A stretch of DNA of 64,000 bases from Phoronis australis (Eukaryota > Animalia > Phoronida). Position numbers and translations under genes: made by a program. Positions 15,001-27,928 of the stretch are shown here, one piece after another. Position 1 is the first letter of the stretch, and every line of letters begins with the position of its first letter. The notes below the pieces were generated by a model. It saw only the letters and a list, made by a program, of their open reading frames with translations, was not told the origin of the DNA and did no database searches. The stretch spans positions 395,874 to 459,873 of the forward strand of contig NMRA01000311.1 of assembly GCA_002633005.1 (NCBI GenBank). Direction: 5' to 3'.

Positions 15001-18000
15001 CTCAACTTATGATTGGCAAATCTTCAGAGGGAGACGTTGGTTTCATGGACGCCAAAGTAGATGACGTTACCTTGACCTTTAGCACGGACATGAGGCGTCA
15101 GCCAGAAGGTAACACAATGGCGTAATAATACACTGTCTTAAAGTTTTGTAGGGCTATAGAAAAATGTCTAATTTGGCTAAGTTTGCAACATTATATCTCA
15201 GAAGTTGATTATCCCACTCCTATAAAACTTTCAGTTGCTATGCGTAATGCTCTGTTCGCCAAAACGCTGTTAGGGACTGCTTCTCAAATGTTTCACTTTT
15301 ACAGGAGGGGCTACCAAAATAGATTTTTTTTGATTTTTATGAGGAAACTCGATAGCTACACAAAACAAAAATACATGATAGTACACAAGACTGTAACAGC
15401 GTTTTTGACATTTTATCTTGAAGACCTAACATTTTAAGTCTAACAGCCCTTCTATAAATGAATATACATATGTATCATAGCCTCACAATAGAGTGAAACC
15501 CTGGTCCAATTATTATAAATTAGTACAGCTAACAGGTATTTACTTTAAGTATTATTTTTAATATTAGTAACAACATTACTATTTAAATGCATTGTTGTAT
15601 TCTAGGTGTGTGCTATGACGATGTCGACATTCGCTACATGCTTGAAGATAGCGAAGTTTACGTAGATAAGGGCAGACTGTCGCTCAACGACCGAGCACAG
15701 ATAGCCAACGGGGCTCTAGGCGTCCGCAAGGGATTCATCGAATTAGGTGAAACGACAGTCTTGTACACCGATTTGATTGGATTTTTGTTGTTCTGGTTTT
15801 TATACTTGCCTTTGTAATGCACCCTCAAACGTCTAAATGAATTGACCGAAGAACACGATCGTGATCTCACAATCAGACATATACGCATTTGCGGCGTTCT
15901 TCTCTTCATGCTAACCAGTTTCCATTGCAAGAAAAAATAGAATGATCCGTTAAGCATTAAGTATTAGACAATAATTGTGAAAGCTGCTTATGGCGATCCC
16001 TTTGCTGGGGAGCTTGGATACATAGAAATCTCAAAGAAATCTAAGCTCGTCTTGATGAAAACCCTTTCGAGAACCGTTCCACGACGTATTGACTTGAAAA
16101 TATGTCGATTTTGATCAACGTGAACGACACGTGCTCATTTTATGCTGCAGATGATTTCAAGAAACGATGTGTAAGCGACCCATCGCTATGCGACAAAGGA
16201 CTCAGCGTGTCTCTGTGGGTCAACTTGTTGGAATGCCGCTCGAACACGTCCGTTATCCTCAGGTGAGATCCACATGGTTACGATTCATGCGCACACCCAG
16301 CCTTAAGTATAGGGGGTTCGAATTCTTGAGAATGTGGACATTTAACTAACAAAAAACGGGATACCACGTTCACAGCTGTGAATTGTGCATTCGCGCCTTT
16401 TTAATGGACTTTTGTCTCATTTTCTCGGATGTTTGTTCCTCTGAAACGGAGATTTTTGCCCACTTCGCCCCCGAGCCCCGCCCCCCTGGGTGTGCACATG
16501 CGATTATCAACTTTTTAATTAAGTATCACCTCTAGGGATACTCCATCGTTTCGATTTCAGTACAAACCTGTGTACTCAAATCGAGTTACGAAACAATGCA
16601 GTTTCACCATATCGCCACGTTTATTTAAAATACAGGCAACATTGAAATATATTTTTTCAACTCCAGATGGCACAAATAACAGAATGGCACCGAATTATCA
16701 ACTTTTCACAAACTAAAAAGTGATAGGATACGAACGTAATTTTAACCATAAAAAATAAGTGATGCCTAGACTAATGAAGCATACTCCCACAATTAGTGTT
16801 GCAACGATTCAACAACTTGTCGACATCGTCGCTAGAGAAAATCATCCACTTGAAATCAATTCCAAGACAGTAAAATCGGATGTTCTGACATCTCGTTAGA
16901 ACATGAAAAGAATCACGCAAACGAGGTGATGTCTCCCTGTCAGCACGAAAATCTTGGTCAAGTATTGCTAAAACATTAAAGGTTACACAGGGCAGTAACC
17001 TCGGCCGCTGGCTAATCTAGGTCTAGTGACAAAGGGCCGCGGCACCTAATGTTCGCTAAACAAAAACCTCTATGGTTTATCTGATCTCGTTGCCTGTCAT
17101 ATCTAACAGACTCAGTGCCACTCAAAACTGATTCAGGACAGAGTTTGGAATAGGAAGCGGTTTCCCATTAATCTATTGTGACAAAAATTCTATTCATACC
17201 ACTGACTTCAGAAGAGGCGTCAACCTGTACTACATAAAAATGCAGTTATGCAAATTAATACATGTATACATGTATATCCAAGAACCTAAATCTCGTCATT
17301 CCTTACAGCTCCGGAGCTCCAACTGACAGAGGAATATGCATATCAGTAGTCAACACGACAGCAGACAGTGCCGTCGATGTCACTTTCCAAGTCCACGATG
17401 GAACAACCTTTTGGGAGGCCGTGGTCCCTGACATAGAGACCAATCAGTGGGTCAACCTGGGCTTCACTTGGAACATAACCACGGGTCTTAAGGCATACGT
17501 TCACGGGCATGCCAGAGGTAAAACACAATAAATTTTAATTGAAATTAATTGGTACCTCAAGATCTGTGACTGAAAGAGTAAAAAGTTTGTTGGCGCGTTG
17601 ACGATTAATGTTTCCCCTTTGGTTTAAAGCCAGTGTCTTCAGCCTCTCAAAGTTAGATTCTTGTACTGGTATAAATAGGCTCGATTTACGTAAAGAGTGT
17701 TTGCAAAAATCTGCACAAATTGTTCCATAATTAAATAGCAATGACCTTGGGATCGACGAGAGAGCGGTAGACTGTTCATATATTGCAAAATATCTTTCTT
17801 CTACAAGAGATTGCTCTATACATGTAAGTCCTCGCTAATTTGATAGGTGAAGTTTTAAAACACAGTTTCATATCACTTGAGTGCAGCGAAAGCAAAAGGG
17901 TCCTCTACTTTTGTGTCGTACGCTTCGTCGCCTTTACAGGACTAAGCCACTGATCTCACCTGATTACTGCGCCATCTGCCTAAGTCCGGAAATACATGTA

Positions 18001-21000
18001 GATGCCTTATGTGAACTTTCTTACGCATTGCAGTCAATGATACCGTGGGCCAAGCTCCCAATGTGACCGGTCCGGACATGAACACTACTTTGGTATTGGG
18101 GAAGAACAACGCCGTCGATGATAACTACCTGGATGCCGACTTTGACGATGTTGCCATCTGGCTGACTGACCTTTCTACAAACATTGACGTGCAAAGAATG
18201 CTGGAAGGAACCGCATGCGGTGTTCTGGGTGAGAACTACTTTCACGAGAATCATATAAGTTTTTGCCGTGAACACGATGCTTGTGATCATCAGACATACA
18301 CGTTGGAGTCATCCAGTGTAGTAACTGCATGTACCTTCAATGCAGCAATTAAATCAAATTAGCAATAATGAACATTTCCATCAATACTGTTCACAAAATG
18401 ACGTATACACAGTTTGAGGCAGGGACATTTGTGTCGCACTGTGTACTACAGAGTGTTTAAAATTACGATGAAATAATACAAACAACATGTTCATGATTCA
18501 TTGACATTGCCTGCTCAAGGAAATACTTTTGTGACTAAAACGGGAAAGACGACCCTTCGACGAATCCAAACTTTGCGCTGCCAATTTGCCGAGATATTCT
18601 TATCGGAAACTTATTTTGCAGAGTTTGTCGACCCTGAGGCGTTCACCAAAGCTCCTGAATTTTTCATCAACATAACAGATGCACGTAAGTTTGAAACAAC
18701 TTCAGCTCGTATCTCTTGAAATTCACACACTGCATTTAATCTTGCGCCATTTTTACTTCTTGTCAGGGTGTGTCCTTTGTTTTAATCATAATCTTCGTTT
18801 GCACAGCGCCGACGTTGCCACCAGGATGTCATTACTATGTAGCGGGCAAATGTGCTGGCAATCTGACGGACTTGTTGAAAACCTTCACGGCTTCCGGCAT
18901 TACCAACTACACCTACAGTGACGTTCAACTGTTCATCAAGAAATTGATCGATGTTTCTTATCCGTACCAGAACGAGACGGCGTCTATCGACTTTCTGGAG
19001 CAGTCCATAGACGCTCTTTCCATTGTGGCAGGCATGAGTTACCACACTCAAATGGAACAGAGCCTAGCCACGGAGCAATTGCAGGTGAATGATTAGAAAT
19101 TGCTGTAGATGGTTATCAAAAGCATTTAGTGATTTGTTCATTTTTATTGAATGAATTTATTGATTAGATTTGAAATATCAACGTTTACACCAACTTAAAA
19201 GTGGATTTCAAGAAAAAGAGGCAGCAAGGACTTAGCAAAACCCAAACCTCCTCACCTACATGTATTACCAGTGGCTGGCTGCATGAAGCTGTCCCAACAG
19301 AAATTCAACAATGCTCCCTAAATTTTCAGCGCATCTATAGTTTGTTTACACACTTATGTTTAATTCTGTCACTTTACCTTCGCTGTGAGCTCCTTGACAT
19401 TTTGTATCTAAAAACTGAACCCATATTTCAACCTAAATAAATAGGAACTAGATCCTTAATTTAGAGGCATTGCATGGAATGGTCCCTATTGATTTTCAAT
19501 AATATTGAAATTCAGTGATTACTCTCGGCATGTATCAAAGCTAAACTTTTACGCTCCTACGCAAAAAATTACGGACAATCAACGAATTTAGAGAATGTTT
19601 AGTGGAAGCCCTATAGGAACTGTTTGGTGCGACCGGAACACATACCAAGATCATGCATGTCAGCTCTTTCCTACCGTTCAAGTTGTTAATGTTAATATCT
19701 TTCACCATTAGATTCTCGCCTGTGGAATAAATAAACGTGAATGAGGTATTTCAAAGCAAATGAAGGGAAAAGGGCTGTCCATTAACATAGCGTCAATGAG
19801 AGAAACGTGACACGGAATCTAAAGATGGGTATCCATCTGTAGAAGTTGCACAATGGTTTCTTTCTTTCTCTTCTTTACATTTCACACTCGAAGTCGAGTA
19901 TTCTGAAGTAGTTGTCATTCATTCCCTTGCGTACATTCATTCACTCACTAGTAAGACCGCGCTCAGAGGAGTAGGAGACACTTTAGTGCAATGCTCAGTT
20001 GTCTGCCAGTGAGGTCAGGATTCGAAGCCGGGTCTTCCAAACGGGAATCCTGAGTTCAAACCTCAAAACCTTTCGAGGAAACAATAGCCCTGAATGTAGG
20101 CCTGTGAAGCATTGCTAATCAGTTTCAATTGAATCTTATTATAGGAACTCGTCAACTTGACAAGCTACATCCTACACGAAGAAACGTACGCTGACAAGTG
20201 GTACAATATTCAGTTGGTAAGTAATGCTGATTTTTAGATTAAAGAGGCATGGAACGCGAAACCTCTTCAAAAATACCTTTTAAACAATTCTTGATGAAAG
20301 TGCTATCTTGCAACATCTAGTACTGAGCAATTCACTTTCTTATATGAGGAAATTTCCAGAAAAAAATCACAAAATTCACGATTTTTGAAATACCCGCAAA
20401 GGAAATACTCTATGGTTACCACAGAATTTCTGATCTCCCTCCAACTTATGATAAATGCGTGCATGCGTTCACAGTCAGTTGCTTGAAGCCACTCGACGTC
20501 AAAGGTCACCTTTGCCATATAACAGAAATTTATTACGTCTATGTCCTGTCATAACAAATAAGGAGTGCTTTGCATTGTGGGACAAAAATCGACGAACTAA
20601 CTATCAGTTGACAGATCGTTTTTGGAAATTTGAAACTAAAAGAAAATGCTTTGATATCAACAAAAATTAAAAATCTTTAGGAACTAACCCTGAAAATACC
20701 AGGTGAGCAGTTTGAATTCTGTTTCAGTGGCAGAGAAACATTTTCAATATTGTAATATAGTCTGATTATTGCTGTTATTTGTAAAAAAAAACATACTGAA
20801 AGTTCACAATTTTCACCGGTAATGTGTGCAAACGAGAAACATTTTATTCATAAGACGAAATGCACACCAGCATTCACAATATTCGAAAACTTCATTTGAG
20901 TCTGAACAGCCAACTCTGAGAATTGATGTTCCAAAGTAAGCTTAATCGTGATATTGCTGAGAAGGATAGGAGTCGTCCTCTGACGCAATACAAAACTGCA

Positions 21001-23514
21001 GATGAGAAATGGTCTTTTTGTTTATTTCAGACGAAAGCTGGAACGCCATCGGTTATAGAACATTTCGAGAAGAGCGCAACGAAAATTATCAAAGCAATGA
21101 AAATGATCGATTCCGTTGATTTCATTGACTTGAACAGCAAAGCTATAGATCTTGGTAAGTGGTTCAACCTAAATGTTTAAAAATGTTCATCACTGCATCA
21201 ATCAAATTAAAAGAGGGAAAGGCGAGCTGTCTAACTAGTTAGGGACGACAGCTAAGCATTGTTACCTACTGAAAGTGCTAAAAAACAGACGGGAATGTCA
21301 AACAGCATTTCGTTAGATTTGGAAGGAGCAATATGTGATACATTTCGCCCTGTGGCAGGAGCAAAATCATGCCAGTTTTTCCATAGAACGTTCTCTTAAC
21401 TAAATGGTACCTGGTTGTCGATCAGATGCGCCTGATCGACCATCCCTATGATTGTGTGCGACTAGAAATTGTGTACGAGTCTGATAAATTTTATTTTGCG
21501 TAACAGAAATCATGGCCGAGAAGAGACGACTATTACTCTGCAATCAGAACGTAAAACGACTTGGGTTCTCAAGAACAGGAAATTTAAGTGCCACTGTGGA
21601 GTTTCCGGATGAAATATTCGGATACATAAATAACGTTGACGGTAAGTTATCAAGTCAATTAAACCTGGAGCAAGAGCCGACCAACTTACCATTTCTAACG
21701 ATGCAAATATCTGAGTTGTATTAACCTCAGTGTCAATTTAATTGAGTCCTCATTTTGAGTTTTTACTAATAAATTACCATTAAGACGCTCATTTTGAAAC
21801 TAAATACAGTATAGTTGGAGAAATGCAACGAGTGAAAAACATGGTGTTTTATCGTTCGAGGCAAATGTCGAACATAAACAATATTCAGAAACTCCCGTTT
21901 CATTTCAGAGAAGACAATGGTCACAACTGTGTTCGCCGTGTACCCGAGTCTTCACAAGTTTATCACAACACAAGTTGATCCCCAGTAAGTATATCAAACC
22001 ACTCACTTCCAATTTCTGAAGCAAACCCAGTACCAGTGTTTCTCATCAGCGTCTGGAACAAGTTGGTATCTGCATACATGCATCTAGTGATTCCGAAACA
22101 ATTGGAAAGTAGAGAAATATGCTATCCGTTACCAGGCGAAGCCACGGTGACTGTAAGGGNGTGTGGCAACGGGCGGTTTGATTTGGAGTTTTAAAAGTTT
22201 TCATATTAATCAATAATAAACGTGAGCAGATGACGTTCGACGTGTTGTATTTTATCGCATTACGTCACTAAAAGTTCTACAGGTATACGACACAAAATCG
22301 TAATAAAGTTAAGCCCATCATAACGGCCGTAAGTTTTAAAACTTCGGTATTTTTACTGAAACTTAATTACTTCATCTATGTTTTCAGGCAAGATGAGCTA
22401 GCTGGCTACCCATACGAGATTTATAGTCCGATTGTCAGCATCAATATGGAGCCGGAACTCAACAAGACACACTTAAACGAGACTCAGTATATTACAATTA
22501 CACTGGAGCATACCAAGCAAAACCATGTAAGCAGTCGTAACGTTTTCTGTTTAAAATTTAAACGCATTGTAAGCATGTAGCCACGCAAGCCTGGTATTGA
22601 GAGAAAATGAAGTACCACGGGGCTATTCACGTTACAATATTTTACACATTTTAATAAAATGCGAATTTCTAGCCAATAAAAGGTAATATTTCCGCGCTAT
22701 CTTATCGTTGAAAAAATGCTAATGAGATGCTGAAATCGCATTTGGTATATTTCGATTCCTATGAACAAAACTCCATAATGTTTCGAGTACAACTAAGCAC
22801 TTAATAACAGGGATCGCGACGAAACGCATCTTGCGTTTACTGGAACACCCAAGCCCGGGGCACAGTTGACGGGGGCTGGGATACAGACGGGTGCTGGGTG
22901 GTGTGGACGAACGAAACCCACACCAGTTGTGGCTGTACTCACCTGACAACATTCGCCATCATGATGCAACCACCGTACGACTACGTAAGTTAAAGTTTGT
23001 TTGTGAAATTTCGTTTACCAACATTCTCTCGTTCAGTGGCCTTCCAAACAATAGAAGAGAGCTGATAACCAGATATTAAAATCTTCCCCATTTTTACGTG
23101 GTCCAGTAAGGCTAACGGTAAACGTTGAAGTCATAGAAAGATACTGATCACCATGATGTCCTGTGGACAAAAGTCTACTCTTTCTAATAACATCAATTAT
23201 TTTTCTCAGTTTATATCCCCAATTTTTTTTGAAAAAACACCAAAACGTTGTTCAGCCACTTGAACTTTTCTGGTAATATCTTGCTCCTAAAACCAATTGA
23301 TTCTTCGATAAAGCCCAGCTAGAATGGTAAAGTTATTATCGATGTTTGGGCAATTTGCAAACAAAACACCCACATCACATTTTGTTGGCCCAATTGGGAC
23401 CGCTAAGTCCTTTTAACAGTGAATTGATTGCAAGAATCGCTGGACGAGAGAAAGGAGAAAGTTTTATTAAATAATTTATCACTTCATATGACTGAACTTA
23501 ATATATATACATAT

Positions 23515-23574
<60 letters not shown>

Positions 23575-26500
23575 ACACACATGTATATATATATACACGT
23601 ACCATGAGGCATACCGTATGGAAATGTTAATCGTGGAATCACGGTTAGCAAGTGCTATCTTTCTAATCTTTGTTCCCGTATAAGCATAGTTGAATCAAGA
23701 TAACTACGGAATTGTGCCCGAAAATCAAATCGTTAAAAATTGTGTGAAATTATGCATTGAAACAAAAACATGGTGGCAGCGGTCATGAATGATAAAACCC
23801 ACGCAGAATAGTGTATCTTCAAGGCCTCAAGCTGTTGACATTTTTGCACACTGAGTGGGAAAACATTGAAGTAAATTCCTCAAGTTTTTGCCTACCTTAT
23901 GCATTTTACCATCGTGTACTTCACTTGGAAGAATGATAATCCCATCATTTAATTTGTTGTTTGCTAGGTGTTCAACATTCATAAGGTCTATCAGAAGTAT
24001 ATGTTCATTGGCGGGATTGGACTGTCCAGCGTGTGCCTCAGCTTGTTTGCTCTCGTCGTAATGTGCATCAAGTCACTGAGGAAGGTGGATCGGAACACGG
24101 TGCACGTGAATCTGTGCACGGCTTACAACATGGCTAACTTGGCGTTCATACTCACCTTCGAAATTCATGACCCAGTAAGTCATTCATGACTTCACGCATA
24201 CGGCAATGGTTTTACATGTCGAATCGAGTACTTAGTTTGCAATATTTGATTCGGTCATGATAAACGTGTATGCCCATTTTAAGTATACTGTAAAACGCAA
24301 GAAAACGATATTATAAATGAAATTCAACCATTTGAAAATTGCCTGGGAGAGTTTGCCTCATAAATTTGATAATTGTCAAAAATCTAATTTTGTCAACATA
24401 TTTTATACCGATTACTGCACTTTTACAAATGCATTGTAGCAGCAATATACCCACCTTTGGCCCTTAAAAACTAATTTTTGATTAGAATCACTTTCCGTTA
24501 TGAATTTGGTGGCAAAGCTGTTCTTCATCAGATGAGGAATGACTTCCGGGCTATGGAAGCCCTGACAGTTTGGCAGCACCTGAGACCCGATGCTTGGCGC
24601 ATTAAATGACACACCATAGTCTAGCATACCCACTTTTCGAGACTGATCTCAACTGTCGTCTCCAATAGAAGTACAGAACGTGGTTAGTGCCAGATTTATA
24701 GCGGGTACGAGATCTAATTTTGAAGGAGGGATAGTTATAACCTCGCAATTTAAGTGCCGGTCATTAACCTTGATACACTGTATCTCTATCTTCGCAGCTT
24801 GTCCTAAAAGTGCTTTCCGTCTGCCAACATTACTTCTACACCGCCACGAGTGTGTGGATATTCATCGAAGGTTTAGCCCTATTCCACTTAATTGTCAGTG
24901 GATCGCTGACCAACCGAGTCAAATGTTACATACCGTTTGGCTGGAGTAAGTACATCAATTTACACTTATATTGAGTGTCAGAAGGATTGTGAATTTCTCC
25001 TCCTTCACACATTCACTTCAAACCTTGTTTTATACCTTCAGTACGTATATCAGAGCAGGATTCAACTCATAAGAACACTTACTCACTGTACAGTAGGTGC
25101 TACAAAACGAGTACAGTTCTTGGTGGGTGTTTCCCGCAGTTGCTGGTGTTGTACATAACGACTTGCCACGTAGATCAGGGTTCTGGGCTTAGCAGACTAG
25201 TTACAGTGTTACGGAATTTTTGAAATATGCTTTACATGTATGTTCTAGCATTTGTAGATTGAAGAGGATTACGTAAAAATGCTTAGCTTTCGGAGAGCTG
25301 GATGGGAAAGTCCTTGTTAATAGACCAAACTAGAGTTCAGTAGTCAGTGTCCTTTCAACAAAGCGGGGTGATTTTTCTGTAGCCTATACTTATTTCCTAT
25401 GATCACTATGTCATATTAGGTCTACCTCAGACGTTTCTTAAGCTTGAGAAGATTAGTTGGTTTGGTCATTACATTCACAGACAACTCATCTGTTACAGTA
25501 ACCCCTGCTATCCCGGTGGCTGTTATGGCTGGTATTGACTTTAACTCTTACGGTGGAAATATCTACAGTTGGCCATCCTGGCAAAGCAACTTCATCTGGG
25601 GATTTGTTGGGCCCATCTTCTTTTTCTTATTTGTAAGTATATATGTACATATATGCATAGATCGTACATCACCCGCATGGACTATGATGCCGCTGAGCTT
25701 CGTTTTTGCTGCTTCTATTAATCGTAAAATGCTCAATCTCCACGTAAAACGGTTCTTACCGAAGTGCATTTCTAGCAGACTCATGAAATGTCGTCAGTTT
25801 CCACATGACATTTTGGCAATTATTGGTAAGTCGACTCATGGTCGAGCTAGTCTCGCCACCTGGTGACTGACATCTCATGCTCAACATTTTCATTTACAGC
25901 TCCACCTATGTGTCATGTTGATAGTACTGTGCAACTTGCCTCAGCCTGCGGTTAGGAAAGAGGATCTTCTCTCAGAAGTCAGGTAAAGGAAAGAATCAAA
26001 CGATAACCTCTTCACTAGCTCGACTTAAAAGATTTTGTTTTCTTGGAGTTTCATTGTGATATTTTAATGTATGTGGGATTATGTATTCGGGATACAAGCA
26101 TACATGTATAATTGCGTTGCAAATTCAAAGAACTTTAATTTTAAACTTAAAAGCTTTCAATAGGTTCAATATTAGTAAAATAACGGGAGAGTATTTACAA
26201 CAAATCAATTTATAATCGAACCAATGGTTAGGATGAATCCAACCTATAGTCAGCCAGTGTCAGCATTCATTGAAAAAGCCGGCAATGTTTCTAATCAACG
26301 TAACCAATAGACGCAAGACAGGTATCGTCAATTCATGACCTAAAATTTCTATCGTAAAAATTCTCCGCCTCCTTTTCAGAATTCTTGTGAGGACCTCGTT
26401 AGTCCTTTCGCCATTAATAGCTCTCTCGTGGATGTTTGGTATTCTCTCCATCAACGCCTTCAGCCCATCATACTCCTACATCTTTACAACACTACATTCC

Positions 26501-27928
26501 CTTCAGGTGAGTAAGTCAAGAGAAGAGAGCAGAATATTACAGGTTACTCAAGTGTCACATTTAACTCATAATCTGCAAAAATGTATGTACTGCATGCTGA
26601 GGTTAGTTTCTTTTGCCATTAGCATACATTATTCAAATTTAATCAACAAAATCATGCCCCCCGACATTGCCACAACACTGGAAAATCTTGAGACTTTATA
26701 GCATTAGCAGAAAAAAAAACTGCACCATTTCAAGACAGCAACTATAAGCACATTTCATCACTTCTCACGCTGCCAGTCAGAGAAAAGTTCGCTTTTCGCC
26801 ACGGGATACGCCTTTACCTGGCAACTACATGTAAAGGGGGGTTTAGTCTATTAATAGATATTAGATTAAAACAAAACAATTCTTTTTAGCCTTTCAACCC
26901 TCAAAAGTTCGGAAATTAAAAACTCTATGTCTGATGAAGCTGCAAGCGTGCGCCTACTCCAAGATGGGATAGACCACAACCCAGGAAACATGTTGGCCGG
27001 GGCGCATCAAATGACAAACCGTGCTTGATAAGCCAATTTGTCAACCATAAATGAAGTATCAGACCTTTGAAGCCCTGAATTCGATCGTGAATTCGTCACT
27101 ACCGAAGTAACACTTGCATGAGCAATTAACTGTTTTAAATCAGAGGTCGTTCTTGAGACCAAAGACGGCAGTTTGTAAGATATTATTGCCACAAGTATTG
27201 GTCAAATGCTAAGTTTGTTGTTCCTTTTACAGGGTTTCATCATTTTCCTCGTCTTCTTCTTTGGTACAAGATCCATAAGGAAAGCTGCATTCAGTTGCAC
27301 GTGCAAAATAAAGAAGAAGCCACACAAGGAAGAGGACACGGCAAGTGCTAGTGACCTTTCTGATGGGGTCACCAAGGTCACCAGCATGCAGACGTCAACT
27401 GTAAGTTCTTTACTATTAAACGATACCTCAAACCTTTTTCACAAAAATTGGATGTTTTTGCAATATTTCACACGTGTAGCAAAATACCTATCTATGTACT
27501 GGCGATGCATTGTGCGATTAATACAGTCCGCAATTTGTACCAATGTGTTGTCAGTAAATAAAAACAACTTACCACTATATGATACACTTCAGCTTTCCGT
27601 GAGTGGACTAGTGAACGTGAAGCCACAGCCTCCTCAAATATCGTCCTCGCGATCCACCTCATCAGCAAGTCTAACAGTATCGCTTGGGGGCGCTATCGTT
27701 GACGACATAGGTGAAACGGGCAATAAGAGTCCCAGGTCGAAATCGGCTAGGAAGAGTCCTCGAGTGTCACCCGAATTACCGGAGATAGATGAACCCTCTA
27801 CGTCACGTGCAGGTTCAGCCTTGCGACCATCATCGGGGCGAGTGAGAACTCCCGAAGTTTTCACCACGTCGAGGACTTCGTCACGGATGTCAACAAAAGA
27901 TTCAGAGGACTTACCAGAAGTGTCGTAA
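1..27928 (+). CDS. Giant adhesion GPCR (ADGRD1/GPR133-like): >=6 LamG/pentraxin-like domains + GAIN/GPS + 7TM; 5' end lies upstream of the window
   Basis: Hand-spliced GT-AG exons, all phase-compatible: <1-44, 431-621, 1178-1316, 1924-2093, 2659-2872, 3399-3625, 4600-4804, 5297-5526, 6334-6676, 7296-7409, 7589-7753, 10196-10450, 10878-11054, 11424-11538, 11925-12051, 12445-12700, 13241-13573, 14335-14531, 14961-15108, 15606-15746, 16151-16262, 17309-17517, 18034-18228, 18622-18684, 18807-19084, 20145-20216, 21031-21154, 21507-21641, 21909-21984, 22388-22526, 22811-22984, 23968-24174, 24798-24945, 25499-25632, 25900-25982, 26380-26506, 27233-27400, 27593-27928 (TAA). Exons from 431 onward sum to 6527 nt (2 + 2175 codons). 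Motifs: repeated CxxxPxxCxxGxSxxxW and WxHxAFTWxxxxGLxxYVNG; GPS CVYWN...GGWDTDGC...THTSCGCTHLTTFAIMM; family-B 7TM motifs HVNLC, HYFY..WIFIEG, FGW, WGFVGP, WMFG, LHSLQGFIIF. Confidence 0.93.
4820..5065. repeat. Degenerate (CAT/CAC/CAA)n low-complexity tract in an aGPCR intron
   Basis: Runs of catcat/caccac/caacaa after the donor at 4805; source of spurious His/Pro-rich ORF tails. Confidence 0.7.
9238..9860. repeat. ~300-bp tandem duplication joined by a single N (probable assembly artefact)
   Basis: 9238-9557 is near-identical to 9559-9860 except for one ~18-nt indel; N at 9558. Confidence 0.85.
13943..14190. mobile_element. MITE-like inverted repeat with ~60-bp arms
   Basis: gtaaaatagtaaaaaataaaataaaacgacgagcgttggtacaaaatatatt pairs with aatatattttagtaccgacgctcgtcgttttattttactattttac. 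Confidence 0.6.
16286..16500. mobile_element. CATG-terminated MITE with 5-bp TSD
   Basis: TIR CATGCGCACACCCAG ... CTGGGTGTGCACATG; TSD CGATT at 16281-16285 and 16501-16505. Confidence 0.8.
19965..20065 (-). mobile_element. Possible decayed tRNA-derived SINE fragment
   Basis: Minus strand reads gacccGGCTTCGAATCCtgac, which is B-box-like; no foldable cloverleaf. Confidence 0.25.
22811..22984 (+). other. GPS motif exon of the adhesion GPCR (autoproteolysis site H-L|T and Stachel-like TTFAIMM)
   Basis: Translates GSRRNASCVYWNTQARGTVDGGWDTDGCWVVWTNETHTSCGCTHLTTFAIMMQPPYDY, flanked by AG and GTAAGT. CAC CTG ACA is at 22940-22948. The supplied ORF track does not show this frame. Confidence 0.93.
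23500..23598. repeat. (CA)n/(TA)n microsatellite
   Basis: Long perfect AC run flanked by TA repeats. Confidence 0.95.

Noticed and set aside
27401-27592. Intron that is fully open and in frame (240-aa ORF 27206-27928)
   Set aside because: Strong GTAAGT donor and CAG acceptor with AT-rich composition; treated as an intron. In-frame retention is possible but unsupported.
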